Part shown: one piece after another, positions 1-11,594 of the stretch
How the letters are laid out: each line of letters opens with the position of its first letter
Numbering within the stretch: position 1 is the stretch's first letter
NCBI GenBank assembly: GCA_025594325.1
Contig: JANHCV010000001.1
Location: 3,720,001-3,784,000, forward strand
Direction: 5' to 3'
DNA: 64,000 bases
DNA from: Blastocladiella emersonii ATCC 22665
Taxonomy: Eukaryota; Fungi; Blastocladiomycota
Program-made: the position numbers and the translations under genes
Notes under the pieces: generated by a model
Database searches by the model: none
Seen by the model: only the letters and a program-made list of their open reading frames with translations
Told to the model about the DNA's origin: nothing

Positions 1-204
1 ATCCATAAAATGTATTTTTTTTTCTTGCGAAATAGATATATTGTGCGCGGAAGAGGAGCTTTGAGGGGAGAAATACGCTCGGAAGGCACGAGTGAGCCGA
101 TGGCACATTTGATCCGGACACGAGTTTTGGATATATTATACATGGGGAGCAGCGTCAGCCGAGCAAACGCCGGGGTGCTGGCGCATCACGAAATTCGTTT
201 CAGG

Positions 205-296
205 CTTGCAGGCGCTCACCCCGTTTTGCAGGCAGCTCCCCACAGCTTTGCAGGCACCCCCGCCGCTTTGCAGGCACCCCCGCCGCTTTGCAGGCC
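205..296 (+). repeat. Imperfect ~20-bp tandem repeat (GCTTTGCAGGCACCCCCGCC)
   Basis: TTGCAGGC recurs five times at roughly 20-nt spacing, with two exact 20-mers near 245-284. Confidence 0.85.
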
Positions 297-1780
297 GCCG
301 CGCTCCTTTGAGAGCTTCCCCGCCGCTTCGCAGCCAAGGGCCGCCGGCTGCAGACCACCTCCCCACCACCCTGCCCCTCGAACCCCCGCTCCCCGATCCC
401 TCCGCATCACACACAGCGCCCTAACGCGAATTTATCGTCATGTAACCACTGCAACAACTTGAAGCTTTGACTGAGCGCGCTCCCGAGAGGCTCCGACCCG
501 TCACGCCTCGCCTCATCGTGTCGCACTGAGCAGGACGGCGGCGGCGTCGAGCCAGGCGCCAACACTGGCCCTGCCCTGCGTCCTACCCGCGCGCGAGCAG
601 TCCTTCGCGACCCGCTCAGCCGCGCAGCCCGGCGCGCAGCCCCGCGCGAGACCGCCGCCCTGGCCAACGCGGGCGCCCCGTGCGGCGTGCGGCACGGCCT
701 TGAGCACGCTGTTCGCGGCGGCACCGCATGCAACGTTGCCGTGGCCCTGGCGGGCGCCGCCAACCTCGCCCCGAACAGCGTCCGATCGCTCACGATCGAC
801 GCTCTCGGCCCCGGGCTCCCCGCGCTCAGCGTGCGAGCCCGACGGCTTGCCCGATCAAGGAGCGGCGCATCGCGGGCCGAGACGGCGCGCAGTTGGGGCG
901 CGGCTGTTCGCGACCCGCGCTCGCTCGCCACCGCGACGGTGAGCAGCTGAGAGGAGCGCCGGGCGCACGGCTGGAACGTGACGGAGCGGAGGCGGCGCGT
1001 AGCGCAGGGCGAGGTCAGCTCGAGCGGACCGACACAGAGAGGAGCGGCCGGGCCGGGCTTGCAGCAGCAGTGCGGGCGCGCACTCGCGCCGACGCCAAGT
1101 CCCGAAAAGCACAGGGAGCGGGCGTGCTCGAAGTGACAGGCGCGTCACGTTTTGTGGCCTCCGCCCTTCGGCGATCACCGCGGCTTGGCGGCGGGCAAGC
1201 CACCCAGCCGCCAAACAAAGGGCGAGCGCCACCGCCCGCCCCGGCTCTCTCCCCCGCCCGCCGCCCCCTCCTCACCACAACCACACGCACCAACGACATG
1301 CTTGGCAACACCGACGCCGCCGCGCGGCCCACGCTGCACCGGCGCGCGCCGTGAACCTCAGCCTGCCTCTGGTCCGCCGCCGCCGCCGCCTCGCTCGCTT
1401 CTCGCTCGCCCCTTACCCGCCTCCCTCCACCATCATGTTTGCAACCTCCCAGCCACCGCAGTACCCTCGCTCCCTTCGCCAAACCGTCGCTCCCCGAATC
1501 CTCACGGCCGCCGCCGCTCCCCTTCGCCGCGACACTCTCGCTCTGCGCTACCCGTTCCACTCGTCACGGCTCGATCTCCCTCGACTACGCTGTCTGCGCA
1601 CCTACTTGGTGCTCCGCTGACGCTGGTTGATGCCGCCCTCGCCGTCGCCCTCGCCGTCGCCAACTCGTTCGTCGCCCCGTCCCAACGAGCGGCGATCCTG
1701 ACCCGTCTCGCATCGTCTCGCTGTGTAGTGCCCGCACGAACCTCGCTCACCAAGCTCAGCCACCGTCATCGCGCCCACCC

Positions 1781-1814
1781 GTCGGCCTCCTTCAAGTCGG
1801 CCTCCTTCAAGTCG
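1781..1814 (+). repeat. 15-bp tandem duplication GTCGGCCTCCTTCAA x2 + GTCG
   Basis: Read directly from the sequence. Confidence 0.85.
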
Positions 1815-2005
1815 ACTAGTTGGGCTCGCACGCGGCCGCCGTCCGGTCCTCCTCGCCGCCGCCGCCCGCCGCCGAGTCCCGGCCCGACCACCGTGTCCCG
1901 GTCGATCCCTCTCACGCCAACGGTCTGCACACCACTCACCAAGTCTCCCACGCGGCTCGTCACTGACTCGTCGCGCCCCGCCTGCACCGTGTAGTCGGCT
2001 TCCGC

Positions 2006-2400
2006 GTGAACTCGCTCGCGCGCGCAAGGTCAACCGCGACAAGTACATGCATCTTCAAGCAGGCGACGGCCATGGCCACGGTACGCGCCCCGCGGCTTTT
2101 GCTTACCCGCGACAAGTCACTCACTCGCCTATTCCTCGTAGCGCTGATGATGCTGTACCCAAGCGCGCATCTCCCAAGCGCTGCAACTGTATGCCCAAGC
2201 TTATCTCCAAGAATTCCCATGGTCACGGCCGCGTGCACGCGCCGGCTCGCTGGTCGATGGCGGCCAAGCACGGTGTACTTCGGCCCTCTCGAATCGGCCG
2301 CGACATGACGCGGTCGTCGCCCTCCTACCATCTCCCGCCCTCGATGTGCCTGATGATCAATACATTTTGTTCCTCCCTATATCTTTCTCGTGGACCCTAA
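2006..2400 (+). pseudogene. Intron-containing gene fragment with no single intact frame
   Basis: Canonical-looking intron 2081-2141 (GTACGC...CTCAC...CGTAG). Upstream codons are gene-like (KVNRDKYMHLQAGDGHGH) but no long spliced ORF results. Confidence 0.3.
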
Positions 2401-2448
2401 GCGAAGCTGGAGCGTGAGCTGGCGAACCTATATTGAATTTTTCCTGGG

Positions 2449-2624
2449 CGTTTTGAAGGCGATAACAGCGTTTATAGCCTTTAAAAGCGTGCACAGCCTT
2501 CAAAGGCGGGGGAGTGCTTTTGAAGGCGGGGGAGTGCTTTTGAAAGCTGGTGGGTGCCTTCAACGGCTGGACATGGCTTTTGAAAGCACCGCTTGCCTGC
2601 GGTGCCTTAATCGCCTTCAAAACG
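2449..2624. repeat. Inverted-repeat-bounded array with internal 20-bp tandem repeat
   Basis: CGTTTTGAAGGCGAT (2449-2463) and ATCGCCTTCAAAACG (2610-2624) are perfect 15-bp inverted repeats. Internal AGGCGGGGGAGTGCTTTTGA x2, plus a GCACCGC/GCGGTGC hairpin near 2586-2605. Confidence 0.85.
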
Positions 2625-2902
2625 ACCAAAAAAAATCGTGATGCTGGCGAGGTGATCAGGGCGACGTCGCGAACGTCGCAACGGCGCGCATGGCGAGCCC
2701 AGTAGCGGCAAGGTCTCCTGCGACGGCGAGGACGCGACGCCGTCGAGCTCGCTAAGGGTTCAATCGATGGTGTGACGTCGTTAGTGGAGTCGCCTGGGCG
2801 TGAGTGGATGGAGAAGAACGGCACTTGATGCATGTCCACAAGCGCATGGTCCTGACCCATCTGGACGGCGACACCCTGAACGTCCGGAGGCACCGGTAAG
2901 AG

Positions 2903-3229
2903 TCAAGTTACCAGAACCGGCCGCCGACACGAGGAGTGACGTGCATCATTTGCGCCCGCAACCAGCTCCGATTCCTCGCGGAACCTCGCCGACAGGGCCA
3001 GATAGGCGCGGTAATCCATTTCGCGGAAGATAATCGGGACCACAAACCGACAGAAGATGTGGAATAGACACCCATCCCCGATGACGAAGATCACGTCGAG
3101 GGACTCGGTAAGTTTCCGTAGGATCGTCAGGCTGAAGAAAGTCCCGATCCAGGCCAAGGTGACAAGCATCCATGTTACAAAGCCTGCGATCGTGACCTTG
3201 CCCGAGGTCGTTGTGGTGTCGAAGGACAT
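2903..3229 (-). CDS. Possible small membrane protein (108 aa ORF; may continue by splicing)
   Basis: ATG start and hydrophobic stretches (IAGFVTWMLVTLAWIGTFFSLTIL; VIFVIGDGCLFHIFCRFVVPIIF). No family recognised. Confidence 0.3.
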   Translation of the reverse strand: MSFDTTTTSGKVTIAGFVTWMLVTLAWIGTFFSLTILRKLTESLDVIFVIGDGCLFHIFCRFVVPIIFREMDYRAYLALSARFREESELVAGANDARHSSCRRPVLVT

Positions 3230-3500
3230 TGCTTCATGTGTGCAAGGTGTGCGGGGAGCGGAGGTGGATCAATGAGCGCTAAGCGTGAGAGACGGTCCGG
3301 GTGGGCAGGAGCGAGCAGCAGCGGCAACGAGATGGACGGACGGCGCCTTTTTGTGCGACGCGCCGCGACCAAGCGAGCTGAACTTGCGTCAAGTCACCGC
3401 CCGCTCGCCCGCCGCACTCCGAGAGCTAACAACGCTTGCCTCGGCTTAATTTGTTCACTTTCCGCACTCAGTTCACTCCTCGATATCCAAGCAGTCCGAA

Positions 3501-3566
3501 AACGCGTGAAAACGCGTCGAAACGCGTCCTAAAACTCCATGGCGTCGGGTCATATGGCATCACGTG
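3501..3566. promoter_or_regulatory. Three phased ACGCGT (MCB-like) sites plus a CACGTG E-box
   Basis: ACGCGT at 3502, 3512 and 3522; CACGTG at 3561-3566, about 130 nt upstream of the ATG at 3699. Confidence 0.5.
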
Positions 3567-3698
3567 ACTGAGACGCACTCCCTCGCAAAGCAGCTGCGCC
3601 TCGTTTCCACCCTCGTACCCGAGCATGATAATTGCAAAATCACGAGCCAAGCGTGCCCGTGACGACTCACTACCCCCTGCAACGTAACTACCGCCGCC

Positions 3699-4481
3699 AT
3701 GGCCGACGTCGAGCTGACCTCCGTGGTCCCCATCCCCGCCGGCTTCGTGTCCGTGGAGCCCGCGCATGCCGTTGATGAGCACGACGATGTCGAGACGATC
3801 CTCGTCCGCATCCCCGCCGGCGTGACCCCCGAGTCCCTCGCCGGCGCTGAGCTGCCATGGACGCTCGAGGCCGGCGCCTCGGTCACCCTGACGCGCCCCG
3901 CCGCTTCCTCGTCGAAGCGCAGCAAGAAGGCCGCGCCCGTCGACCCCGCCGCGCCGCGCCTCGTCTTCGACGCCAAGCTCGTCCCCGAGGCCGCCAACAT
4001 GGTCGCCCTCGTGTCGCACGGCACCGGCGACTCGTTCCGCGGTATGCGATGCCCGCCGATCCCGCGCTTTTTTGGGGGGATTCCGTAGGCTGAGCCTCCC
4101 TCCCTCCCTATTTTCGTAGCGCACCCGATCAAGCACGTCGCCGCGCTCGTCACCCCCTTCAACATCCCCACCGAGACCATCGAGTCGACGGGCGCCGCCG
4201 TCAAGGCCGCCCCGTACGTGCCGCGCGCGCAGCCCGATATGCCGCACCGGCCAGCGTTCGAGATCTTCGCCGCCAAGGGCAGCAGTGCCGCCGCTGCGCC
4301 GGCTGCGCCCGCGAAGAAGGCGAAAAAGTCGAAGCGCGCCGCCGCTGCCGAGTCGCCAGCATCATCCGAGGCTGCGCCCGCTGCCAAGCGCGCCGCCGAG
4401 GAGGACGCCGAGGCCGAGTCGGCCAAGCCCGCCAAGAAGAAGAAGTCGAGCAGCAGCAAGAAGTCCAAGGCCGATGCCTAA
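3699..4481 (+). CDS. RPA34: RNA polymerase I subunit A34.5/RPA34-like protein (intron 4042-4119)
   Basis: Spliced ORF with ETILVRIPAGVTPESL, PRAQPDMPHRPAF and a Lys/Ser/Ala-rich basic tail, resembling RPA34/PAF49. Intron GTATGC...TAG keeps the frame. Confidence 0.5.
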
Positions 4482-4583
4482 CTCTCCTCTCACCCGCCCG
4501 CCTGTCGCTTACGATTTGTTTGATATAGCATAGTTACCGCCATCGTGTATTTGCTCGCCACAACTCCGTCAACGCCACCCGAC

Positions 4584-7500
4584 TCATTCGTCGTCGCCGC
4601 GCGCCAGCTCCTCGTCCGAGTCCTCGATGATCTCGGACGAGATGCGCTCGGACCGCTTCTTGAGCCGGCGCCGCTTGGGCTGCGCCTCGCTGCCGCCGGC
4701 GGCCGCCTCGCCGTCCTCGGCAGCGCCCTTGGACGACTTCTTGCGCCGCTTGCGCTCGGGCGCGTCGCCGTCCTCGCCCGCGTCCTCCTGCGCCTTGCGG
4801 CGGCGGCGGCGGAGCTCGCCCGTCTTGCTGCTCTTCTTCTTGGACCGCTTGGGCTTGGCCGCCGACGACGAGCCCTCGTCGCCCTCGGCTGCGTCGTCCT
4901 CGACGTTGCTGGCGCCGGCCTCGCTCTCGCTGGACCCACCCGACGCCGAGGCCTCGTCGTCCGACACGACAAAGTCGTCGCGTTCGGCGGCACGACCGCC
5001 GCCGCGCCCACCGCGCGAGGAGCGGGACGCGGCCGAGGCGGCGGCGGCGGCGCGGCGGGTGCGCTCGGCGGCCTTGATATCGTCGAAGGCGCGCATCATG
5101 TTCATGTGCTTGTTGTTGCGGGCCTCGAACTCGCGCATGTACTGCTCGAGCTCGCGCTGCTTGTCGGCCTTGGCCGCGGCCTGCTCCTGGAGCCGCTGCA
5201 ACTCGAGCTCGTGCTTGCGCTGGATCATCTCGTTGAGGCGCTTTTCGCGGTCCATGGTGGTCTGGATCAGCTCGTCGATGCGCTTCTCGAGGCGCTCCTT
5301 GAGCGACTTGGTGTACCCGTTACGCTGGTTGATGATGAGCGGGTCGAACGTGTCGGCGTGCTCGTGCTCGAGCCACTGCAGGTTGCGGATCGCCAGGTCC
5401 GCGAGCGTCGCCGCCTCGCGCATCTCGTCGACCGTCACCTTGTCCATGCGCTCCGACGACATGGCCGCCGTGTGGTCCTGCAGCACGATGGTCAGATTGA
5501 ACCACACTCCCGGGTCCTTGGGGAAGATGTGCAGCGCGCGCTGCAGCAGCTTGGCCGCGGCGCGCAGCAGGTCGGCTGACTTGGTCACCTTGTTCTGCTG
5601 GAAGTAGGCGCGCGCCGTGGCCACCAGGAGGTCCGCGTCGCGGCCCTCGAAGAAGCGCTCCTGCGCCTTCTCGTACTGTAGTGGCGAGCGCGTTGAGTCA
5701 GTATCGCGCCGCGAAGAGGTCCCGCGGCGAAGGAGAGAAAAGCCGTACCAGCGGGATCGCGCGCTTGTACTCGCCGACCTCAGCGAGCATGTGGGCGTAG
5801 TTGATGGCGAAGCACGCGACCTGGTCGTCGGCCTCGCGGACCTGCTCGAAAGCGCGAAGTGCGTCGTCGCTGAACCCCTTTTCGCGGAGCGCGATGGCGA
5901 GCCCCGTGGCGGCGTACGGGTTGCGCGGGTCGAGCTGGAGCACCTTCTCGTACAGCTTGTAGGCCTCGGCGAGGGCCTTGTTGCGCTCGTCCTGCGACGC
6001 GCGGCGGGGCTCGAACAGCCAGATGTTGCCGAGCTGGAGCAGCGACACCACGTCGAACTTGTCAATGGTGCCGAGGATCGTGCCGAAGGTGCGTTTCGCG
6101 CCGCGCGTGTTGCTCTGGGCGAGCTGCAGGCTGCCGAGCATGAGGAGCGCCTCGACGCTGCGCGGCGCCGACTCGAGCGCGCGCGCGCAGTGGCGCGCGG
6201 CCTCCTCGAGGTGGCCGCGCTGGTGCTCGATGTGCGCGAGCCGCAGGTGCGCGTCGACGTAGCTCGGGTGCTTCTTGATGACGGCCGCGTACAGCTTCTC
6301 GGCCTCGTTGATCTCGCCCGCGTCCTCGCACGCGCGGCCGACGTTATACCGCAGCGTGGTCTCGAGGGCAAACTTGGTGTTGTCCGAGAGGTCGATGCGC
6401 TCGCGCACCTCGTTGAAGGCGCGCATGTACCGCTGCTTGGCCTCGTCGAACTGGCCCATGGTGTGCAGCAGGACGCCCATGTTGTTGGTGAGCTCGGGCG
6501 GAATCGGCTGGTCGGCGCGCGACCGCAGCAGGACCGCCTCGGCGCGCTGGTACAGCTCGAGCGCCGACTTGTACGAGTCGGGCGTGGCGAGCGGCGACGT
6601 CTCGAGCAGGCGTGCGTACGGGATCAGCGCCTCGAGGTCGCGCGCGCCGGCCTCGCCGGGCTCCGACGACCGGTACGTGTAGAGCAGGCGGAACAGCTCA
6701 AGCGCGCGCGAGTAGAGCTGGCGCGACCGCTCGCGCGCCTCCTGGTACTCGCGCGTCGGCATGGTGGCCGACGCCTGCACCGGGTTGTCGGCGAGCCGCG
6801 CGTGCAGCTGCGCGAGCAGCTTGAGCGTGTCGTAGTCGTCGCCGAGACTCGACCCGACGCCGCCCAGCGTGCCGTCAGCGCCCTTGGCCTTGTGGCCGAG
6901 ATGCGCGCGGATGCGCTCGCGGATCTGGTCGAGGTGCTCAATGGCCTGCGACAGTTCGGCGCGGTGGGCGTGGATCTGGGCGAGCGGGAACCGCGGCAGG
7001 AGGAACTCGGGGTGCAGCTTGAGGGCGTGGATGTACTGCTCGAAGGCGGCGTCGTAGTCGCCGGCGCGGTGGCGGTTGCGCGCCTTGTAGTAGTAGAGCT
7101 CGGCGAGGAGGACCGGGTCGCGGGTGAGCGGGAGCGCGCGGTCGAGCAGCGCGGCGGCCTTGTCGTAGGCGCCCTGCAGGAACAAAATGTCGGCGAGGCG
7201 GATCAGGACCATGGGGTCGTTGCGGCGCAGCTTGGTCATGGTCTCGTAGGCGCGCTTGGCGTAGGCGATGCCGTTGGCGTGCATGGCGCGGCGGTCGCTC
7301 GGTGCGCAGTCGGGGCGGCGCATCTCGTTGATGTAGAGAGACGAGATGTACGAGTAGGCCTGGACGTGGTCGGGGTCGAGGTCGATGACGCGCAGGAAGG
7401 CCTTGATGGCCTCCTGGACGAGGCCGAGGTGGGCAAAGCACAGGCCGATGCCGACGCGGACCTGGCACTGGATGTCGAGCGGGATCTCGCGGTCGGTTGA

Positions 7501-8134
7501 GATGAGGCGCAGCGAGCGCTGCCAGAAGCGGAGCCCCTTCTTCCAGTCCTTGCGCTTGGAGTAGACCATGGCCATGCCCATGAGCGCGGGCAGGTACTCG
7601 CGGCGGCGGCTCAGGACCTGGGTGAAGTTGCGCTCGGCCACGTCGAGCTCGCCGCGCTCCATGGCGTGGGTGCCGCGCGTGACCCACAGGACGAGGTAGC
7701 CGGGCTCGAGGCGCTCGGCCTCGGTGAGGCGGGCGTGGGCGTCCTCGAGCTGCGACTGGCGCTCGGCCTCGGTCAGGTTCTCGTCGTGGATGTCGACGAG
7801 GCTGCGCGCGGCGACCACGGCGTTGTAGGCCTGGAACGACTGCTCGCGGTCGTAGCGGCGCAGGTGGCACGCGTGGATGAGGAGGTCATAGTCGGGGATG
7901 CGGCCCTGCTTGTAGTAGATGATCTGTAGATAGCCGAGGTTAGCGGGTGTGCGCTGCGGCAGCAGCGCAGTGGACACGCACGGCGAGACGCAGAATGTGC
8001 TTGAGGTCGACCTCGTCGTTGATGACCTCGAGAATCTCCTCGGCGGGCGGCAGCTGCTGCAGGTTGATGTCCACCCAGTCCTCGCCGCCGATGTGGACCT
8101 CGTAGACGGCCTTGGACGGATCGACGGCCGCCAT
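4584..8134 (-). CDS. CTR9: PAF1 complex TPR subunit CTR9 (introns near 7925-7983 and 5680-5750)
   Basis: N-terminal EDWVDINLQQLP, many TPRs (YEKVLQLDPRNPYAATGLAIAL; NYAHMLAEVGEYKRAI), then a coiled-coil and an acidic/basic low-complexity C-terminus. Confidence 0.9.
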
Positions 8135-8435
8135 GGTGGGATCGCAACAAGCTGGCTACGCGGGGAGGGCTTGATCCGTTGCAGGGAGTGGTGCGGCGCG
8201 GCGGTGCGCTACGAGGGCCGTATGGTTTGCCGAGGGGGAGGGAGAGTGGGCATCGCGACGTTCGAGCATCCGCCGGCGGCGCGCGCTTTGGTCACGCGGC
8301 CCGTCGCGGTGATCAAATCGCCTTCGCCCTTTCGCGTCGCTCTCGGCCCGCACGCTCTCGCTCTCCACCGATGCCGGCTTCCATGTAACCTAGTCCGAGA
8401 ACGCCACTGAGAGAACACCCAAACACACCGCATCG

Positions 8436-10520
8436 ATGACCGTCACGCTGGCCGACTCCGTCCTGCAAGACGCGCGCCACCAGCTTCATGTCGCGCTGGA
8501 CATGGTGCGCCTGCTGCCGTTGCCGCCGCCGCCGAGTTGGTCTGACCCATGCGGGTAAGCGTAGGGCATCGGCAAGAAGGGCCTCGTCATCGCCAAGTCC
8601 GTGTCGGGGATCGTGTCGCGCCTCGCCGACTCGACCTTCCTCAAGGAGCACGGCTTTGAGCGCATGGGCTACCTCGCCCCGCAGGGCGCCGACATGGCCG
8701 AGTGCCCAAGTGTCACCTACCTCGCGCGGCCAGACCCCGAGACGATCCGCCAGATCGCTGGTGTGTACGCATGCTGTGAGCTTGGACTGCGAGTTCAGCG
8801 AGTAACCGCCTTCGGGTAGACCACGTCACGTCCATGGAGGCCGGCTCGGGCTCGGCAACGCACTCCGAGGTCAGCGATAAGCGCTTCTACCTATTCTGCA
8901 TCCCCGCCGCGACGCTGCTCTGCCGCCAGATCCTCGAGGACCGCGGCATCCTCGCCAACGTCGAGGTCCACGACCTCGAGATCGACTTTGTCCCGCTCGA
9001 GTCGGACCTGCTCAGCATGGAGATCCCGTCGCTCTCGCGGCTGCTCGTGGTGCGTTTCGTGGTCACCCCGACGGGACCGATCCACACTAATCGATTTCTC
9101 CCGACTAGTCCCGCGACGTGACCCCGCTCCGCCAGCTCGCGCACGGCCTCATCGCCCTCGAGTCCTCGCTCGGCGCCGTGGCCTCGGTCCGCGGCCGCGG
9201 TCCGCTCGCCCAGGCCTTTGTCGACGTCTACTCGCAGGTCGCCGCCAACCACAACCAGCCCCGCCCCGCTTCCTCGAGCACCTCGCTGATCCTGCTCGAC
9301 CGCACCGTCGACCTCGTGACGCCACTCATGACCCCGATGACCTACGCCAGCCTCATCGAGACGTTCCGCGACGTGCAGTGCGGCTTTGTCGACGTCGAGG
9401 CGCAGGGCACCGGCACCGCCGGCGGTGGCCGCACCCGCAAGTTCAAGCTGTCGCGCGACGAGGATGCTGTCTACGCCCAGCTCGCCGACCTCAACTTTGC
9501 CACCGTCGGGCCCACGCTGCAAAAACTCGCCGTCTCGCTCAAGGCCCAGGCCGACGAGCGCCACACGGCCGACACCATCTCCGCCATCAACAAGTTTGTC
9601 GACAAGCTCCCCGAGATCCAGAAGATGCAGGAGGCGCTGCCCATACGTATGTCCGGCGACTCTCGTGCCGATAAGGTCCACTAACACGTGCAGCGACGTA
9701 GACATTGGTCTCGCCGAGTCGATTTCAGCGAGCGTTGACGAGGACTTCAACCGCGTGCTTGAGGCCGAGCAGAGCCTGGTCTCGGACGGCTCGCTCGATC
9801 CCGACTTTATCGAGGAGCTGATCCTGCGCAGCTACGACCTCCACGTCGTGTTCGCCCTCATCTGCCTCGCGTGCCTGACTGGTTCCGTCAAGGAGAAGCA
9901 GCTCGAGGGGTGGCAGCGCGAAATGATCCTGGTACGCTATGCCGCAACAATTCTGGCATACCGAGCTCACCATCGCCCGCCCGTAGTCATACGGCAACCA
10001 CGCATACCTCGTGTGGACGCGCCTTGAGGCTGCGGGCATCCTCCGTGCCGCTGCCCGCCCTCGCGGATCCTGGGCCGCTGTGCGCGAGTCGCTTCACCTC
10101 GTCGTCCCAGAAGTGCCCGTCGTCGACCCGACCGACGCCGCGTACACGTTCTCGGGCTACGCGCCGCTCAGCGTCCGCGTCGTCGAAGAGTACCTCGGCG
10201 CCGGCCGCGCGTCTTCCGCCGCGGCGGGCGGGGCCGGGTCCAACGTCAGCAACATGGCCGCGGCCATGCTCCCCGGGTTCGGCGCCTCGCCCAAGTCGAG
10301 CACCGACGACCCGCTGCTCCGCCTCCTCCCCGGCCCGTTGATCGAGCTCGGCCCACAGCCGCCAGCTGGGGCGCCCGTTCTCGTCGCGTTCCTCGGCGGC
10401 GTCACCATGGCTGAGGTCAGCGCGCTCCGCCTCCTCGCCAAGCAGACGCGGCGGTCCATCACGGTGCTCGCCACGGACGTGGTCAGCGCGAAGCGGCTTG
10501 TGAACAGTTTTGCGCCATGA
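8436..10520 (+). CDS. VPS33: Sec1/Munc18-family HOPS/CORVET subunit Vps33 (multi-exon)
   Basis: Motifs IDFVPLESDLLSME, LILLDRTVDLVTPLMTPMTYASLI, AYTFSGYAPLSVRVVE and VAFLGGVTMAEVSALR. Confidence 0.88.
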
Positions 10521-11594
10521 GTAGAGAATGATTGTACATGAATTAAATTAAGTTTCGCCGTGCCGAAAGCAAATCAGCTAAAAGTGGTTCACTCAAAGCT
10601 TATGGAGAAGGCTTCTCCTTCCGTCTGGGTCGCTTTCTCGCCCAGCTTGCGTTTGGAGTGTGCGTTTCCGTCGTCTTGACAGCGGCCATGGTCTACGCCG
10701 CACCAGCGGATGCGCCTGCATTTACCTCTCCAGATCTGGCCTTGCTGGGCCTGTATGGTATTTTTTACGTGGCCGTGTTCACTTCCCTCGCATCCGTTGT
10801 ATGGAAATGAATGACATTGTTCGAGTTGTTTGGGATGCGTGGTGCAACTTAACGCTGAGTGCACCCCGCCGTGGCCATCAACTTGGCCATCACGGCGAAG
10901 CGAATTCACCTCGTTTCTACTCAAAGCACTCGTTTGCCACATGATTGATACAACTTGTGATATTGAATACATGTTGCTCTCCGCGCTACGGACGCGCTGC
11001 CGCACGGCCAGCGACGGTGGGAGCTGGGTGCGCTGGCGCTCGTGGTCTTGGCGAACACCGAATCGCGGTACTTGGAAAAGTAACAACGGGATGCCCGTTG
11101 CGTGGACAATATACCGAACGCGGGATGGAGTGCCCGTGTGCGTTCTTTTCGGGTAGTCCGGTCAGGGGGTGGCAACATACTGCACTTGCCCAAGACCAGC
11201 TACTCGAGCGTGCGAGTGCGCGAGCGCGAGAGAAGGAAAGCAAGCACGGGGCATAGCTCTCGCAAAGGGTAGGAAGTTCGTCGCAAACTCGCGTTGGTCA
11301 TATCACGTGCTGACCGCCATGCGCCACACTCGATGGCCGCTGCGTCGACTCGGACGGAGTCGGACACACCACTTAATCCCACTCGCGTTCTGGACAACTC
11401 ATGACAATCTTTAAGCCGGGCTTGGTGCATCGCTGTCCGGTACTCAGTCGTATTGCGTTGATCGAGACGCACTCGCGCTTGCGCTGATTTGGGATCCTGG
11501 AGCTCGGTGGGTGAGAAAAATGTACATTTAAGTTACCAAGTGCTCTCGTTGCCATGTTCGCAGCTCGTTCGCTCTCTCTCGGGTTTCGGCTCGC

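Larger units (their letters stand above)
187..2640. mobile_element. Putative non-autonomous TIR DNA transposon (CMC/EnSpm-like or other), or two related MITEs at its ends
   Basis: GCATCACGA (183-191) and TCGTGATGC (2636-2644) are perfect inverted repeats. TGCTGGCG occurs at both 176-183 and 2642-2649. Related ~20-bp subterminal repeat arrays lie in inverted orientation at ~205-300 and ~2449-2625. No transposase ORF recognised. Confidence 0.45.

Noticed and set aside
205-300. CRISPR-like appearance of the short repeats (also at 2500-2560)
   Set aside because: Eukaryotic context, adjacent repeats without unique spacers, and no cas genes.
1766-1987. Pentapeptide-repeat-like LKEADLKEAD
   Set aside because: Only two units, arising from a 15-bp duplication, in an ORF with no supporting features.
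4545-7870. Overlapping 300-630 aa ORFs across CTR9
   Set aside because: Same shadow-ORF effect.
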